Of a stretch of DNA of 64,000 nt, positions 22,890-37,700 are shown in pieces. Both the position numbers and the translations under genes were made by a program. The notes beneath the pieces are model-generated. The model was not told where the DNA came from. It made no database searches and saw nothing but the letters and a program-made list of their open reading frames with translations. The stretch comes from Octopus bimaculoides. Taxonomy: Eukaryota. Every line of letters starts with the position of its first letter. The stretch's first letter is position 1. The DNA is taken from NCBI RefSeq assembly GCF_001194135.2, contig NC_068987.1:89181799-89245798 (forward strand), in the 5' to 3' direction.

Positions 22890-25800
22890 TTGTGTGTGTG
22901 TGTGTGTGTGTGTTTTGCTTAGATTTGTTGTTGATGAATGGACACAGTTTGCTCTGCTTACTTCGTCCAGTGGTGCCACTAACCCTATCCATGAATATAA
23001 ATCTGTTTGGGTTTTACTCTGCAATTTGTGGCTAACCGTTTAAGTATTAAGCAAGATAATTGAGCCAGTTTGATTGTCTATAGTTTGACTTTGTTTTCAT
23101 GTTTTGGTTTGTGTGCTGGAAGTTGGTTCTGTCCATTACTTTTCCAGGACATTAAACTGGAGAACAAAGATATACAGTGCATATGATGCCTCATTCAAAA
23201 TCTTAAAAGTCAATTGATAAGCAGAAATTTGGTCTTAGGAAGGGCATCCAGTTGTAGAAACCATGCCAAAACAGAAATAGGAACTTGGTGCAGTCTTCTG
23301 GCTTGTCAGCACGGAAAATGGATGTTAAATGATGAGATGAGATTCCTGAAGAACGCAACTCTTGGCTGAAAAAATTAAGGAAAATATTTAGTATTGAATC
23401 TAATGTATGTGCAATGCAGTAGGGATGATGGGAAGAGAAGAGACAGGATATATAAGTGGATGTAGATGGTGGAAGCCAGTATCTAACAAATTTAAAAGAG
23501 CAGAGGCTATTGTAGTCATAGCAGATAGATAAAAGGAAGAACAGTGTTGCATTTGGGTGTGAGGTTATGTTGATGAGAGAATAATGATTTGCCAATCAAG
23601 CAGGCAGCATGCTTCTTTTTCTTCTTTTTTTTTCCAATGCAGTCCAAATTGTGTGCTTGTGATCGATGTTTCATCTTTGTGTGTAGTATGTTAGTGTAAA
23701 GCAATATTTATGCTTTATACCCAGTCAAAGGAAATCAATATTTTGCTTTGTTTCTATAAGTTTATTGAGAACTGTTGGTTATTGAGAAGTACTTTAACCC
23801 TTTAGCATTCAGATGTCTCTATTAAATATCAGGCCTATATATATTCACATGGATTTTGAATTCATTGTTTTGTTTTTTATATTGGGTTATGTTAGTGTTT
23901 TATTCTTACCTTTCAAAAAGACAACTCAGACATTTGAAATTACTTTTTAATTTATAAACTTTATAGAATAATTTGATTTTAGGTAGAATTTCTTTTCCTG
24001 CTGTGACTAAAATGGAAATTTTTTTTCCCCCATTCCCTTCCTACATACACAAACACACAGGCACCTGCCAAATCAGATTGGAGCCTGGTGTAGCCATCTG
24101 GCTCACCAGTCCTCAGTCAAATTGTCCAACCCATGCTAGCATGGAAAGCGGATGTTAAATGATGATGTTGATATATATATATATAAAATACAAAATGGGA
24201 CAAGAACACAAAACATCCAGACAGTTAGGTGATACAAAAAAGGGACAACAAAACATCCAGATAGACGATACAAGGACGGGTCATTCGGAGTTTTCTTTCC
24301 TCAGTTGAGTTCCAGATTATCTTTGCAATTTCGGCTGCTTATACTTGTGATTGCTCCAATCTGGCCAGCCCCAAGGAAAAACTAAGCTAAGAGTATTAGA
24401 TTCCTAGGAAGAAAGCAGCAAATGTATCTGAAAACAAGGACGGAAAAAAATGGAGAATGTTATACAAATAACAGGACATAACAACAGGTGTCTTTTGACT
24501 AAGGACAAACTAAATTAAGCTGGAGTGCATGGAAGTAAAGCCTTACGGCAGGGATACAAGATTTCACAGGCACAGGGAGGAATATAGATGTTGCATGGAC
24601 CATGGCCAAACCTAGAAAGAAAGGTCAGGCTTGGCTGAACACCGGTCACATAGGGAGAGAAGAGTGAGAGAGGCAGAGGTACAGAAGAATTAAGGAGGAG
24701 CGAGAAAAAATGACAGGGACACAGTGATGTAAAAAGAGAAGGGAAAATGAGCATGAAGAGAAATGAAAAAGACATAGTGCTAGATATCAAAAATAAGCCA
24801 TTTGGGGAGAGAAATATAGCAGAAAAACTAGAAATTCTTCAAGCAGGCATGTGCCTTGTGCGAAATCTGTGATGAGCCTGAGTGATGCTGGTGACCAGGA
24901 GTTGCCTCTGATATGTGTGTGTGTGGATATATATAACACACAAGCACATATCTTTTCTTTATAAACCAATCATGCTTCTTGATTATTTTATTTCATTTTA
25001 ATTTTCAACACTTTCACAAGAGATGTTGAAATATAATCGTACATTATTTCATACCTTCGAAATTTTAATGATGTGTTTGTTTATTATATTTAGAATGACA
25101 TTGTAATATAGGTATGAGAGATCAGATCTGGGCAGTTTGAACATAAGACGTGCAGTAGGGGCAGGATATGACTGGTTTAAATGTGTAGTAATCTACTACT
25201 GAAATGTGTAGTAGATTACAATGTTGTATAATATTTTTCTATATGTTCTTATACAAATATAGAACTGTAAAATCTAGTCCATTTTTATAAATTTCCTATT
25301 TGTTTTCAGCTATATTTTTTTATTGATTTGATTTGAAATCATAATCATATTCATAACTGAACTTTGTGAATATTTAATCTAGGATTGCTAAAAAGGATAA
25401 CTCATCTCTTTGAAACATTTCCCAGCGAAAAGATAACAGAAAATTAATTTGTGACAATTTCCTAAATTATCTCTTTTAAAGGAAATCCGTTATTAATTAG
25501 CCTTGAATATTGTTATTTTGACAAGCTAGGTATGACTCATTTCATATTACTGCTCTACTTGTAGGGGGTGCACTGAGGCTGCAGAATTTAATGTTTTGCT
25601 TGCATCAATGGTTATCTTTTAGACTCTTGCTATCAGTTTTCTACATGAATAAGATTCCATTCTGCCCTCCTAATTACTCATCATAATTAGATATATGCTC
25701 TACTGCCATGCTTCCCATATTTATAAGGCATTTACATTCATCCGAAGCAATATGTTAAGCATTTCAAAACTATTTGCTTTAACCGTTTTTTTTTATTTAA

Positions 25801-26304
25801 AATAAACTTGATGTTCAAAAACACAAAATCCAAATTCTAGTATTGTGTGCTCTGGCATGGAATGACGCAATTGAGCACAGCTGTTTGGATGCTGAGGATT
25901 TGGTACAGCTGACTGGACATACAGACCATATACAGTACTTGTTGGCATGAGACCGGCGAGCATGGAAATATACACAGACAGATAATGAGAGAGAGAGAAT
26001 AAATATAACATGAAAACGTTTGTCAAATAATTCAGTGTTTAGCTGCGATGCCTAAAGCAAACTAAAAACTCCTCAAATTAATCCAAATTAATCAGAGCAT
26101 TAGAAAAGGGCCAAGGCTATACAGTAAATGGGACAGTTTTGTACTCTGTGGATCTGATTTAATATTCACTCTTCAGAATGGAAATCTAACCTGCTTCCAA
26201 CAGTTAGATGAGGACCTGAAATACGGTGAGTTAATCACTCTTTTTGATACCCACTCCTTGAGGTTACCTCTGGTTTTGATCTGCATTAAATAATAAAAAA
26301 AAAG

Positions 26305-26980
26305 TCCATGCTGGTGCCAGGTAGAAAAATACAGGCGCTACATAAAAACACTGGTGCCAGTGCCAGGTATAAAGCACCCAGTAATATGAACTATGCCAAA
26401 ACAGACAAATGGAGCCTGGTGTAGCCCTCCAGCTGGCCAGCTCTTGTCAAGCCGTCCAACCCATGACAGCATGGAAAATGGACATTTAATGATGATGTTG
26501 AATAAAACTTCTCATTTTACTATAATCTTGACTTTTCTGCTGCCGTGCACTATCAAACATTCCCTACTCCTAACCACCTCATACCTTGAAGGTCCACATT
26601 GACACACCACCACTATTCATATCATTTTCCAACTCCAGTCGACCACTCTAATCCTCTCTTCAAGTGTGAATAGTCATGTAGCTCTTTCACAGCAAACTTG
26701 TTTCTTTCATACTTTACCCTTTCTCTGTTCATCTCCTTGTATAACATTTTACCCCTACCTTGGGGTTCATAATCATTCAAACTGCATGGTGACCTTACTA
26801 GTGCTGGTGGTATGTCAAAAGCACCCAGTGCATGCTGCTAAATGGTTGACATTAAAAAGGACATCCAGCTGTTGAAGCCATATCAAATTGGGATAGTGGA
26901 GTGTGCTACTGTCCTTGGGCCCATCAGATCTTGTCAAACTCATGCCAGAATGAAACACAGATATTAAATGATGATGATTT
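26305..26980 (+). mobile_element. Two degenerate family C copies (about 26305-26500 and 26797-26980)
   Basis: CCCATG.CAG.ATG.AAA...ATTAAATGATGATG tails. Further fragments at about 23225, 24062, 29670 and 42250. Confidence 0.65.
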
Positions 26981-28984
26981 AAGTTGAAATATCATTAACA
27001 TTTTATGTTCCACTCTCAGACTTCATTAAAACCTTTCCAAATTCTTAATTATTTTCAATATGAAGCTAAACATGAGCAATGTATTTTGTTACAAATATGT
27101 TTAAAAGTTGAAGCAAATATACACCTTCCTCCCCTCAAAGATCTGGCCTTGTGCTTTGCTATAGAAATTCAGTTTTATTCAGATTTGATTAAAGGCTCAG
27201 TCTTTTATCTAACAATAAAACATTCACGACTGTTTAGGAAACTAAATTCTTCAACAGGAGATGACCTAAATCACACACTCACTGCCCTGGCTTCACATCT
27301 AGATGCGTGTATATACTTTGTGCATATGAATATTGTGTGTGTGCATAATCTGAGTTGTGCATGTGTTTGTGTAATATGAGTGTGTGCACTTGTGTAATCG
27401 GTGTGTGTGTGTGTGTGTGTATACTGAGTTTGTTTAATAATTAAGATGGATGTGTTTAGTTTTTCTGTTTTTACTTTTATGAAAGCCAAATGTCAAATAG
27501 ATTGGATGCTGACAGAATGTTTTAATGTTTACATCCCTTTATTGATGGTTCAGTATATTCTTGTTATTGCTTTTTACCTCCATATTTAACCCTTAAATTA
27601 TGTTTATGATACTCACCTAATACAGGTCAACAGTTCAACTTCGCCCCTTAATGGTGATAAATATTAAAGTTTACTGACGTATAACAGCTCATAGTAATAT
27701 TATGAAAAGTGTATAATATTACACTTTTTCATAAAAATAATACCACCACCATGGCACAGCTAGAGTTTGTGCCACCTAAGCAGCCCTTGTGCTTCTCAAT
27801 GCCTCGTCCCCACTCTGTCCCCTATACTAGCTTATACAACAGACCAAAAAGTGCTATTAAATCACCCATGGGAGAGACTGCTCCCTCTCCCACCATAACT
27901 ATGCTCCTGCAATAATAACCATGTTAATAATAATTGTTTGAAAAACTTCACACATTTGTTGGGAATATTTATTTTCTGTATATTTACCAATCCTAGGTTA
28001 TATAAAAGAAAAACTACGTATTTTAGAAATCAGTTTTACATGCTCATATGTAAATGGGTGATGGCATTTTATGTTAAATGTTTTGCGACCATGGCATTCT
28101 GGGATCAATTTCACTACAGAGTTTTTGACTGGAAACTTCTGCCCTAGCCTCACATTCACTAATATATTGTCAATGAAATTTGGATGAGGAGAAACTGTGT
28201 AGAAGTTTATTGTATATTTGTGTGTGTGTGTGTGTGTGTGTGTGTTTATATCCGTTTGAAGTGAGTGTCAGTATATTCAAAAAGAAATACCTTGCAGTAA
28301 TAATGTCTGACTGAATTACCTCCCCCTATGTCAACTTTTCATTTCATATTGTATGAGGACAATGCTTGAGAATAAGTACCAAGTTAAACATAATAACAAA
28401 CCCCTTTGAACATGGTACCCCAGCGTAGCCCCCAATACGATGACAGAAACCATTAGGGATGTGTGTGTGTGTGTGTGTTGACTTATATCCTTGGGCGTTA
28501 TTGTTCTGCTAGTGGCACAAATCTGACAACAAAAGGACACAAAGTTCATAACCTGATCTCTTTATGTGTTTGACAACATCCATTTAATTTACTTCACACA
28601 TTTCCCCCCTATATTTACTATTTCTAACAATCAAGTCCATACGTGCCTGATATTTGCAAATTTGTAAGTTATTACAAAAAAAAAACTAAAAATAAAAATT
28701 TTTAAAAACTGCTGCATTTCATTCTTCTAATATAGAGAATCATAAAATATTTATGATTTGAAAATGTTCCAAAGCTTCTAAAAGAATAGTTTCTACTTTC
28801 AGCAAAATCACCTGTAATTATGTTACCCTACTCTCATTTGTTCAATTATTTCAACCCTTAAACATTTAAACTGGCCATGTCTGGCCCAAATATTCTACCC
28901 GTTTTATGATGATACTGACCAGATTCAGTCTCGTGTGCCTTAGATCTAAAATCCAAAGAAATCAATACATTAGCATCTTCTAGG

Positions 28985-29420
28985 CACCGGCTTGGCTGTT
29001 TGGTAAGAAGTTTGCTTCCCAACTACATAGTTTCAGGTTCATTCTCACTGTGTTGTACCTTTGACAAGTGTCTTTCATTCTATTACTGGGTCAACTAAAG
29101 CCCTGTGAGTAGATTTGATAGATTGGAAACTGAAAGAAGCACATTGTGTATGTATCGATACGTATGTATATCATCATCATCATGTATATGTCTCCTTGTT
29201 TTGACATTACATGATGGTTGTAAATGGGTTTCACCAGCATGCAAATAGCATCCTTCATTTGCAATCTTCTGCAAAAACATGTCTGGTCATGGGGAAATAT
29301 CCTCTCTTGGAAGTGGGTGAGGGTTGGCAATAGGAATGGCATACAACCCTAGATTATCTGTCTCGACAAAAATCTGTCCAATCCATATGAGCATAGAAAA
29401 ATGGACGTTAAAACTATGAG
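28985..29420 (+). mobile_element. SINE family B head joined to an RTE-like tail (variant)
   Basis: B head followed by CATGTCTGG.CATGGGGAAAT...AGGAA.GGCAT...GGACGTTAA. The same variant lies on the minus strand at about 38310-38915. Confidence 0.65.
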
Positions 29421-30240
29421 TAAAGATTTGTCATGCAATGTAGGTACAAGAAGAGTTCAATACAATAAAAATGTTTTGTAAATAAAGATTTCTTGCTGTG
29501 GTTTTTGTGAATTCATTTCAAAACGGATAATTAACAATGGAGAAACTTTAAAACAAAACAACATTTTAAAGAACTATAAGATGAAGTATCCACAAAATAA
29601 GAAATAACTTTTATTCACATGTTTTATGAAATATTTTCTACTTTGAGTTAAACAAAGTTGCTAGTGTCAGGTCATTGGCACATAAAAGACAACCACTACA
29701 CTCTCGGAGCAGTTGGCATTAGGAAGGGCATCCAGCTGTAGAAGCCTTGCCAAATCAGATCGGAACCTGGTGCAGTCCCCCCCCCCACTTACCAGTTTCT
29801 CAGTCAAACTGTCCAACCCATGCCAGCAGAGAAAGTGGACATTAAATGATGATGATGATGACCGTTAACTGTAATTTTATTAATACCACTTAACTTTGTA
29901 GCATCCTCAAGAATGGTAAGACATCTCAGTTCCAAGTAATGTTAGAAGGCCCATGAGTTGGCCTCCTCATTCCAACTAACAAAAAGCAATGGCTTCTTTT
30001 GTGTTGCAAACCTGTCCAGTCCATGCCATGTTTTGAAAATCTTGTCAAATCTTTAATCGTGATTGTCTTTAACAATATTTTAACCAACATTCCCCAAGTT
30101 ATATAACTCTAGCCAACTTGCATTTCCTCAGCATCAAATACCCTTCATCATATGAGCAGCAAACTCAATCAGATACATTTACTTTATTTATACTTCATTT
30201 TATTTTTCTTTACTTTCTTCAAATTAATATTTATGTATCT

Positions 30241-30560
30241 CTTTTACTTGTTTCACTCTGACTGTGGCCATGCTGGAGCACCACCTTGAATTTTTAGTTG
30301 AATGGCTTGACCCCTGTATTTATTTTTTGTAAGCTTGGTATTTATTCTATTAGTCTCTTTTACTGAACTGTTAAGTTATGGACACACACATACACACTCC
30401 TGATGAGCTTCATTCAGTTTTCCATCTACCAAATCCACTCACAAGGCTTTGGTCAGCCCAGGGCTACAGTAGAAGACACTTGCCCAAGATGCCATGTTAT
30501 GGGACTGAATCTGGAACCATGTGGTTGGGAAGCAAGCTTCTTACCACACAGCCATGCCTG
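30241..30560 (-). mobile_element. SINE family B
   Basis: Reverse-complement head and tail motifs. Confidence 0.8.
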
Positions 30561-31720
30561 TTGTTTGTTTTTATACCAGGTTCTAACAAAAACAATTTAA
30601 CATTAAATTGAAGAATTACTCGACGCTTTTTTCTGTAGAGTATTTATTATTCTTTTACAAGAAGAAGGCTGACAGTGACTTTGAGGCCTTGGTCTGCTTG
30701 CTACACACACACAAACATACTGTGTGTGTGTGTGTGCTTATGTATAATTTGTAGCTATTTTATCAGTTTTATTAACATTATTAGATCTACATCCTTGTTG
30801 CCAGCTGAAATGTCTGATCATTTGTTTTTGTTTTTCAACCTCCTTCAATTTACTTCCTGTGATATTTCTGTACATCCACCTCCACAAAATTCCCTCTAAC
30901 TGTTTACATCTGTGAAGTTGCCCATGTGTTCAGTAGCTGTTATCATTTACTTACACACTTTCTCTCTCCTTACGAAAAGTCTGTGTATATGTGTGTGTGT
31001 GTGTGTTTTGGCAACTACTTTCAGAATAGTTGCTTCAAGGGATCTATTACTTATAAGTTACTAGTTGTACATATTAACTCTTAGTTAAATTGCTCTACAC
31101 TGCCATTTTTAGCAGTCTGCTTGTTGTCTGCTCCATATACAAGCCATGAAATACCTTCTGCAGCTTGTATCAACTGTTATTTGATATTGTGAATTTTCCA
31201 AATGTATTTCTAACTTCATGTCTGTTCCAACATTTTGTTCTTGTGGAAATCAGTTTTACTAACTCTGGTAAGTCTTTATTATTGTTATTATTATTATTCA
31301 AACATTGGAATTATTTTATAAAACGTCTTCCTGCACTGGTTTTTCTGTACTGAGAAAACTTTATCGTCCTAAGTATGAATTCAAAGTATTTGAGCTTTAT
31401 ATAATAAAATTTATACTGCAGCAGCAATGTACTCTTCCAACACTGTTATTTATTCTCTTTTTAATCTTTTTTTTTTCTTAAGGTAATTTCTTGGACTAGT
31501 TTTAATTTGGAACCAGCTTCCAATAGTCTACATTTTGGTGGAGTTATATTTGTTTATTTATGATTCATTCTTAAAACAAATCCATCCTTCCAGTCTCTGG
31601 TCTCTTCTCACTCCAAACTGATGCATCTTTTGCTATCTTTCCTCATAATAATTAAGTTGAAATTGCTCACCTTACAGATTGTCCGTTTTTTTTTCTTCTT
31701 CGTTTTCTGTCCTTACTTGG

Positions 31721-31970
31721 TGCAGGCTTGGCTGTGTGGTAAGATGCTTGCTTCCTAACCACATGATTTTGGGTTCAGTCCTGCCCCGTGGCATCTTGGA
31801 CAAGTGTCTTCTACTATAGCCTGGGGCCAAGTAAAACCTTGTGAGTGGATAAGTACCAGGCTATAAAAGAAAAAAGAAGTACTGAGGCTGATCCATTCAG
31901 CTAAAAATTCTTCATGGTTGTGCTCCAGCATGGCCACAGTCTATTGACTGAAACTAATAAAAGATAAAAG
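31721..31970 (+). mobile_element. SINE family B, internally deleted
   Basis: Head and tail joined without the microsatellite block. Confidence 0.75.
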
Positions 31971-33837
31971 ATTACTCTTTAATTAGCTTCTTTATATTTC
32001 AAATGTCTTACAACACAGTAAACTTAACTGTCTCCATTTAAAATAACATTGAAATGTTTTTGGACCACTTAAGGTCATTGTGTACTATCATCATCTGTCA
32101 CTGGTCTTGCTTCCTTAATCGATTAAATCACCTAGGTAACAGGATTATTACTACTACTACTACTACTACTACTACCATCATCATCAGCAGTCATAGCTTT
32201 TGTGCCTGTTGAGTTCAGAAGTCTTATCCTTTTGTAGTTATGTATTTTAAAAGCCTCTCGGTACAATAAATATTCTGTTTGACTATTGATAACACCACTA
32301 CCGCTTTAATAGTTAAACTGTATTCTTTTCAAATGTACAACTTGTTTGATAACGGTTCTGTTGTTATCTTGCTCCTTTGTTACAGGACCCTATTCACAAC
32401 GGCTCCCAATTGTGCCTGTTTCATGATCGAAACTCTTCAAGAACCAAAAGTTCAAAGTTCACAGCTTTAGAAAGTTAAATATCCATTTAGTTTATTCTAA
32501 AGTCCAGGCTACATATTACATAATTTCATCGTTCTTGCACATTATCACAGATATGTATGGGTGGGTACAAATAGTGGAACACAAGAATTGATATCTCTAA
32601 TTTAATTTTGAGGCTTTTTTTTTTTTCTCCCTTTTTCTTTTCAAATCAATATAGACTTTAGATATTGTAAAAGGGTTTTTTTTTTTTAGTTTTTTTTTTT
32701 TACTCTAATCAATGATCTTTTAACAATTTCCACATCTACTCATTGTTAATATATTCTAACATCATCTTTCGAAATGATTCTTCTATTTTAATTAGTAGGT
32801 TTTTAAAGTAGGTTGTTGATTTGTAAATTTTTATATATTTATCAATAAAGGTATGTTCATTCTTATTAATAAAAATAATAAACATGGTGCCTTTTGAAAT
32901 CAAACCTGTTGGTGCCAAAATTGTCTTTCAACATTCTGGGATCAATAGATATAACTTCCAGAGTTTTTTTAATTAACTGCCCCACCACCACATCTCTTCA
33001 TGTAAAAGGGCATTGTGCCAATTTTAAAGATATTGTATCTTCTAGCATTATTATTATTATTATTATTTTAGTAAGTCAACAGCTCATTGTATTAAGTATT
33101 TCCAAGGCTTCTTTTATCAAATCTTGTTCTTTTTTAAATTTAGTTTTATAGCATTCATAAGTGTTTAAATAGTATCTGCCAAAAGCTACCAATGCTTATT
33201 ATATTTTCATTATATTCCTTATTAAGTTTCCAATACTATGTTGCTTTTAATTGTTTTTTGTTTTTTTCACTATTGTTAATGAGGTTTCTACACATAACAC
33301 CTGACATTTAAATACAATCAGTAACTATAGTAACTAACCATCATGAGTGCTGCTTTATGCATCAACATTGCCGTTTAATGGTGAAGAATGTGATCCCAAA
33401 ATAAAAGCATTGTATGATTTCTTTAAAGAATGCCAAGTACTTCGTTATCTTGCAACTGAAAGGTTTCCCAACATACCTCTACTCATTCTTATAAATTTAT
33501 CTTTTTTGTTTTTATTCCATAGAAATTTAAATTCTAAACTGCATTTCAAAAATAATATAATTGCGTGATTATTTATTAACGAAGTGTCTTGGTTCTATTT
33601 TCTCATTTGTTTCTTCTCATCAAATCTTTTGTTGGAAATCTTTTCAGAATATATTTTGATATATTTAGTGTATTTGACACTCTTGAGAAATTATAAGAAA
33701 ATTAATTAGAAATTAATTAATTAAAAATGCAATATTCAAAATGTATTGTATTTTTTTATGTATATTTATCATTTCAAAGATAATCTTTACTATTTATTTA
33801 AATGTTCTCCAAAATAAACACACTTCATTTTAAAGGT

Positions 33838-34060
33838 TCTGAAGAAGCTATAAGATGATGCACAAGTACTCAGCTTTGGGGGTGCTGCTTCAAAAACTAC
33901 TTTAAGCATTTGAAGTTGTTTACATAATACTTGTTCTTCGTCTTAAAAGCTCTGAGGAAGCTATAAGATGATGCACAGGCACTCAGCTTTGAGTGCACTA
34001 CTTCTTATAGCAAAAAGAACTGTAAGCTTTTGAAGTTATTTACATAATTCTTGTTCTCTT
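33838..34060. repeat. Diverged tandem duplication, period about 113 bp
   Basis: TCTGA(A/G)GAAGCTATAAGATGATGCACA.G.ACTCAGCTTTG...TTGAAGTT.TTTACATAAT at 33838 and 33951. Confidence 0.85.
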
Positions 34061-34390
34061 GTCATTCAATTAATTTATAGGATGCGCTATACTTGTCAAA
34101 CACTTCATTTTGAAGAATATGTACACAGCTGCTATTTTTTGCAGGTCAAGTGATTACATATCAGATTATCTTAGGCTGGCTTATCTTAGACAGGTCACCT
34201 TCATTGTAGCTCACATAACCTTCTCTCTTGATGGCTTTCTTCAAGCTAATTATCTAACTTACATTTGTTAGAGATAAATGGCTCAGGGCCACTAGAGGGC
34301 AGGGATGAAATACAGTGGAAAGAAAGAAAAACAAAGACAAGTATAAGTATTCTTGACATATGCAAAAATATTTGTAGAATATTCTTGATT

Positions 34391-34722
34391 AGGAGCAGAC
34401 ATGGTTATGTGGTTAAGAAGCTGTGATTATAACTGTGGTTTGGGATTCAGTCCCACTGTGTGACCCCTTGGACAAGTGTCACCTCCTATAGCTCCAGGCC
34501 TGCCAATGCCTTGTGAGTGAATTTGGTAGATAGAAACTGTGTGGAATCTCATTCTGTGTGTGTCCCATTACTGTTCAACAACCATTGTTTATGTCCCTGT
34601 AACTTAGAAGTTCAGCAAAAGTGACTGATAGAATAAGCAACTGACTTAAAATGTAAGTACTAAGGTCAATTTACTTGAGGTGGTGCTCCAGTATGGCCTT
34701 GGTCTAGTGACTAAAGCAAAAG
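34391..34722 (+). mobile_element. SINE family B
   Basis: Degenerate head, core and tail. Confidence 0.75.
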
Positions 34723-37700
34723 CTAAACATTCTAACCTTAACTCTTCTCTGCTATTTTCAGGCATAGCACATCTAGAACTAGATGTGCAATGTGTCCTCC
34801 CGTAACAATAAGAGGTGGGGGGGGGGTGTCATTTCAGGGAGAGTTAACTGCTATTTCTAGATTGAGTGACCTCATAAAGCAGTCATGGGCAACTTGTGTC
34901 TTGCAGGACTTTCTGAATGGCACATCCAATGGACAATTGCCTTTTTTTTTTATCCCCCCCCCCGCCCCTTCTTTAGTAGTGCAGCCTGCTTATTGATGAG
35001 GCATATTTCATGGGGCCCACATCTTGTAAAAAGTTGTCCACACCTGATATAGAAACTCCCATGTCAGGGTGTGTAGACCTGTGTATTCTTCCCTTGTGAT
35101 GCTTCTAATTTCAAAGATTCTAAAATTACTAATCTCTGGAGATTCCAATTCCTCTGCAACAGGTGTTCACCAATATTATAAGCAACGTGGTGGGGTTGGG
35201 GGAGTAAAAAATACTTTTTTACTATTTTTGCATTATTGTTGTTGTTTCTTGTCCCCACTAAGACAAACTGTTTGTTGCTCATGTGATAGCAAAACGTTCA
35301 TCTGATTAGACTAAATTGAATGGAATTTGGATGTGAATTCTTCATATGGAAATAGGTTCTTCACTTGTTTCTGACTGGCTATTCTTGGACACTATCTCGA
35401 AGGGTTTAGTTAAACAAACTGATCTCCATACTTTGTTTATTTTCAATAACTGGTACTTAATTTGTCTCTTTTGCTGAACTGCTAAATTATGGGCACATAA
35501 ATAAACCACTGGTTGTCAGGCAGTGTTGGGGAATAAACATATCCATATATGTCACATGTCAAGCACATTCTATCAGTGTATGTGTGTAAGATTGATTTAA
35601 CAGTTTCTGTCCATTAAATTCATTCACAGGGCAAACATTTTTTTCTCAAGCTTCAAATGTAGGTGTTACTTTGAAAAAAAAAATATTCATAACTTTGCTA
35701 AACAAAATCACATTTTTCTGTGTTAGGGCCTTATAAGCATTGCAACTTAGACAATCTTCACATTCCCAGAATCACACAGAAAAAAGAGAAACTTGTCTTG
35801 TAGACAAAATCACGTGGCCATTTGTAGTTTAAAATGTACACTGGAAGAAATCCCATTTTTACTGGTAAATTCATCTCCCACCATAACACACACACACACA
35901 TATAGTATCTGCCAAAGTCACAACAACAAATTATTTTTCTTCTGTTTCTTGTGTCCACAACTTGGAAATTTTGAATATGGTCTGATTTCAGTCTGCAAAG
36001 GAGTTGTTACTAAATTGTATCACCATAGATTCCTTGGCTGAAGTTATTCAAGAGTAGGCTAGGAAAAAGGCTAATATACCTAATATACAAAGCGAAAAGG
36101 TGACTTTAAGGAAGCACTTGCCAATGTGTGGACCATCATTTTATCCCTCAACCAAGGTAAAGCGTACAGTACTGTCTGCCTGACTTTCATGACAGATAAT
36201 GAAACCCAACATCAAATGGAAAAAGCGTGAAACCTTCATCTATTGGCTTAGGCTTCTGCCTCAGCAAGAGGCCAACATAACTGTCAGGAATATTGGTAGT
36301 GGCATTGACCCTGATTTGTTATCTTTGTAATGGAATATGGTTGGGTTAACAGGAATGGTATGGTTAAAGGATAACATGGTCTTGCAAGTCCTCTGAATCT
36401 CCAAGATCTCAGGAGATCTGTGTGCTAATATGGCTGCCGAGATAAAAATGAAGCCAATTGTGCAGGTGTTATACTTGTTGCAGCAAAAGCCACTTAAGAG
36501 CTTTTTGCTCTGGAAACACAGGGAAAAGAGCCACAATAAGTTCCAAAGACCATCTTCACAACAATAGCTCTACTAGTTGTAGCTCTGAAAAGAACAAAAG
36601 ATTGATCTATCCTTAGTCTCAAGTGGACAATACCAAAGCCTTACCAGACTTTGGCAGTACCACTTCATCCATGTGCTAGGAAGAGGATCAAACGGAGGTT
36701 GAGATGAAACTAGCAAATTGTTAGAGAAGAAACGAGAGATAAAATCACTGAGCTCAAAGACAATCAACCAGTGGATAGACAGGTGGATGGATTGACTGAT
36801 CAGGAATATCTAGAAGATGGAACTTCTATACAGATCATACAATTACTCTATGAATGTGCAAAATATTTTTGCCCAGAATATATGGTGGGACCCTTCAAGA
36901 TCAAAATCAATGAAGAAATACTGGGTACATTTTGAAGGTACTGGCATTCTAATATAACAAATGCCTAGTGGTCAGTCATGGGACATGATGACACTATCTA
37001 ATTAGTGGGTTCTCACTTTGTATGTGGATGAAGTCCACTCAGCTGGCAAAAATGAGTAGTACCTGTATTTCATAGAACCAGCATTATCACACTCTGTGTC
37101 ACGCTGAATCTCCCTGAGAACTACGTTAGGGGTACACATGTCTGTGGATTGCTCCGTCACTTGCACGTTAATTTCACAAACAAGCTGTTCTGTTGATCGG
37201 ATCAACTGGAACCCTCAGTGTCGTAAGCGATGGAGTGCTCCTCATGTGGATGAGGTACCTTAAATGTTTGTCATGCTTTGTGTTTTATATACCATATTTG
37301 ATGATATACAAGACACACTTTTCCCCAAAAATTACCCTGGGTCCCATATGCAAAATTAGGCCTATTTTACATGCTTTAAAACTTTTTATGCTTAAAATTG
37401 TGGTGCATTTGATATGCTTCGGCTTCTTTTATGCTAGGAAATAGTAATTTCATGTTCTCTATTTTTATCATTTTTAATATGTTCAGAATATAAATATCTT
37501 GACTTCACCCTTCAGTTTTATATAACTTGGTCTTGTCTGTCTCCACATGGTTTATAACTCACCTCACCCCATGCTGTAACATCTTGTTATATATATGAGC
37601 CCTTGTGGCTAATAAAAAAAATATTACTATTTTTATTCATCTCTTGCTGTAAACATAGATTCTCCAATTTGTCATGCTATGATCTCTCACTCCTCCTCCT

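Noticed and set aside
24290-24400. Hammerhead-like pieces on the minus strand (GGCUG...CAGCC GAAA; CUGAGGA)
   Set aside because: The core elements are in the wrong order and spacing, and no stem I/III could be formed; probably part of an unclassified repeat at about 24180-24800.
34762-34814. Candidate exon after TCTGCTATTTTCAG
   Set aside because: The best donor (AG|GTGGGG) exits in phase 1, incompatible with 46017; no recognisable peptide.
36000-36780. Coding-like purine-rich tract, possibly decayed LINE ORF1 (similar character at about 52090-52600 and 57850-58140)
   Set aside because: Many stops and no diagnostic motif; cannot be classified without a profile search.
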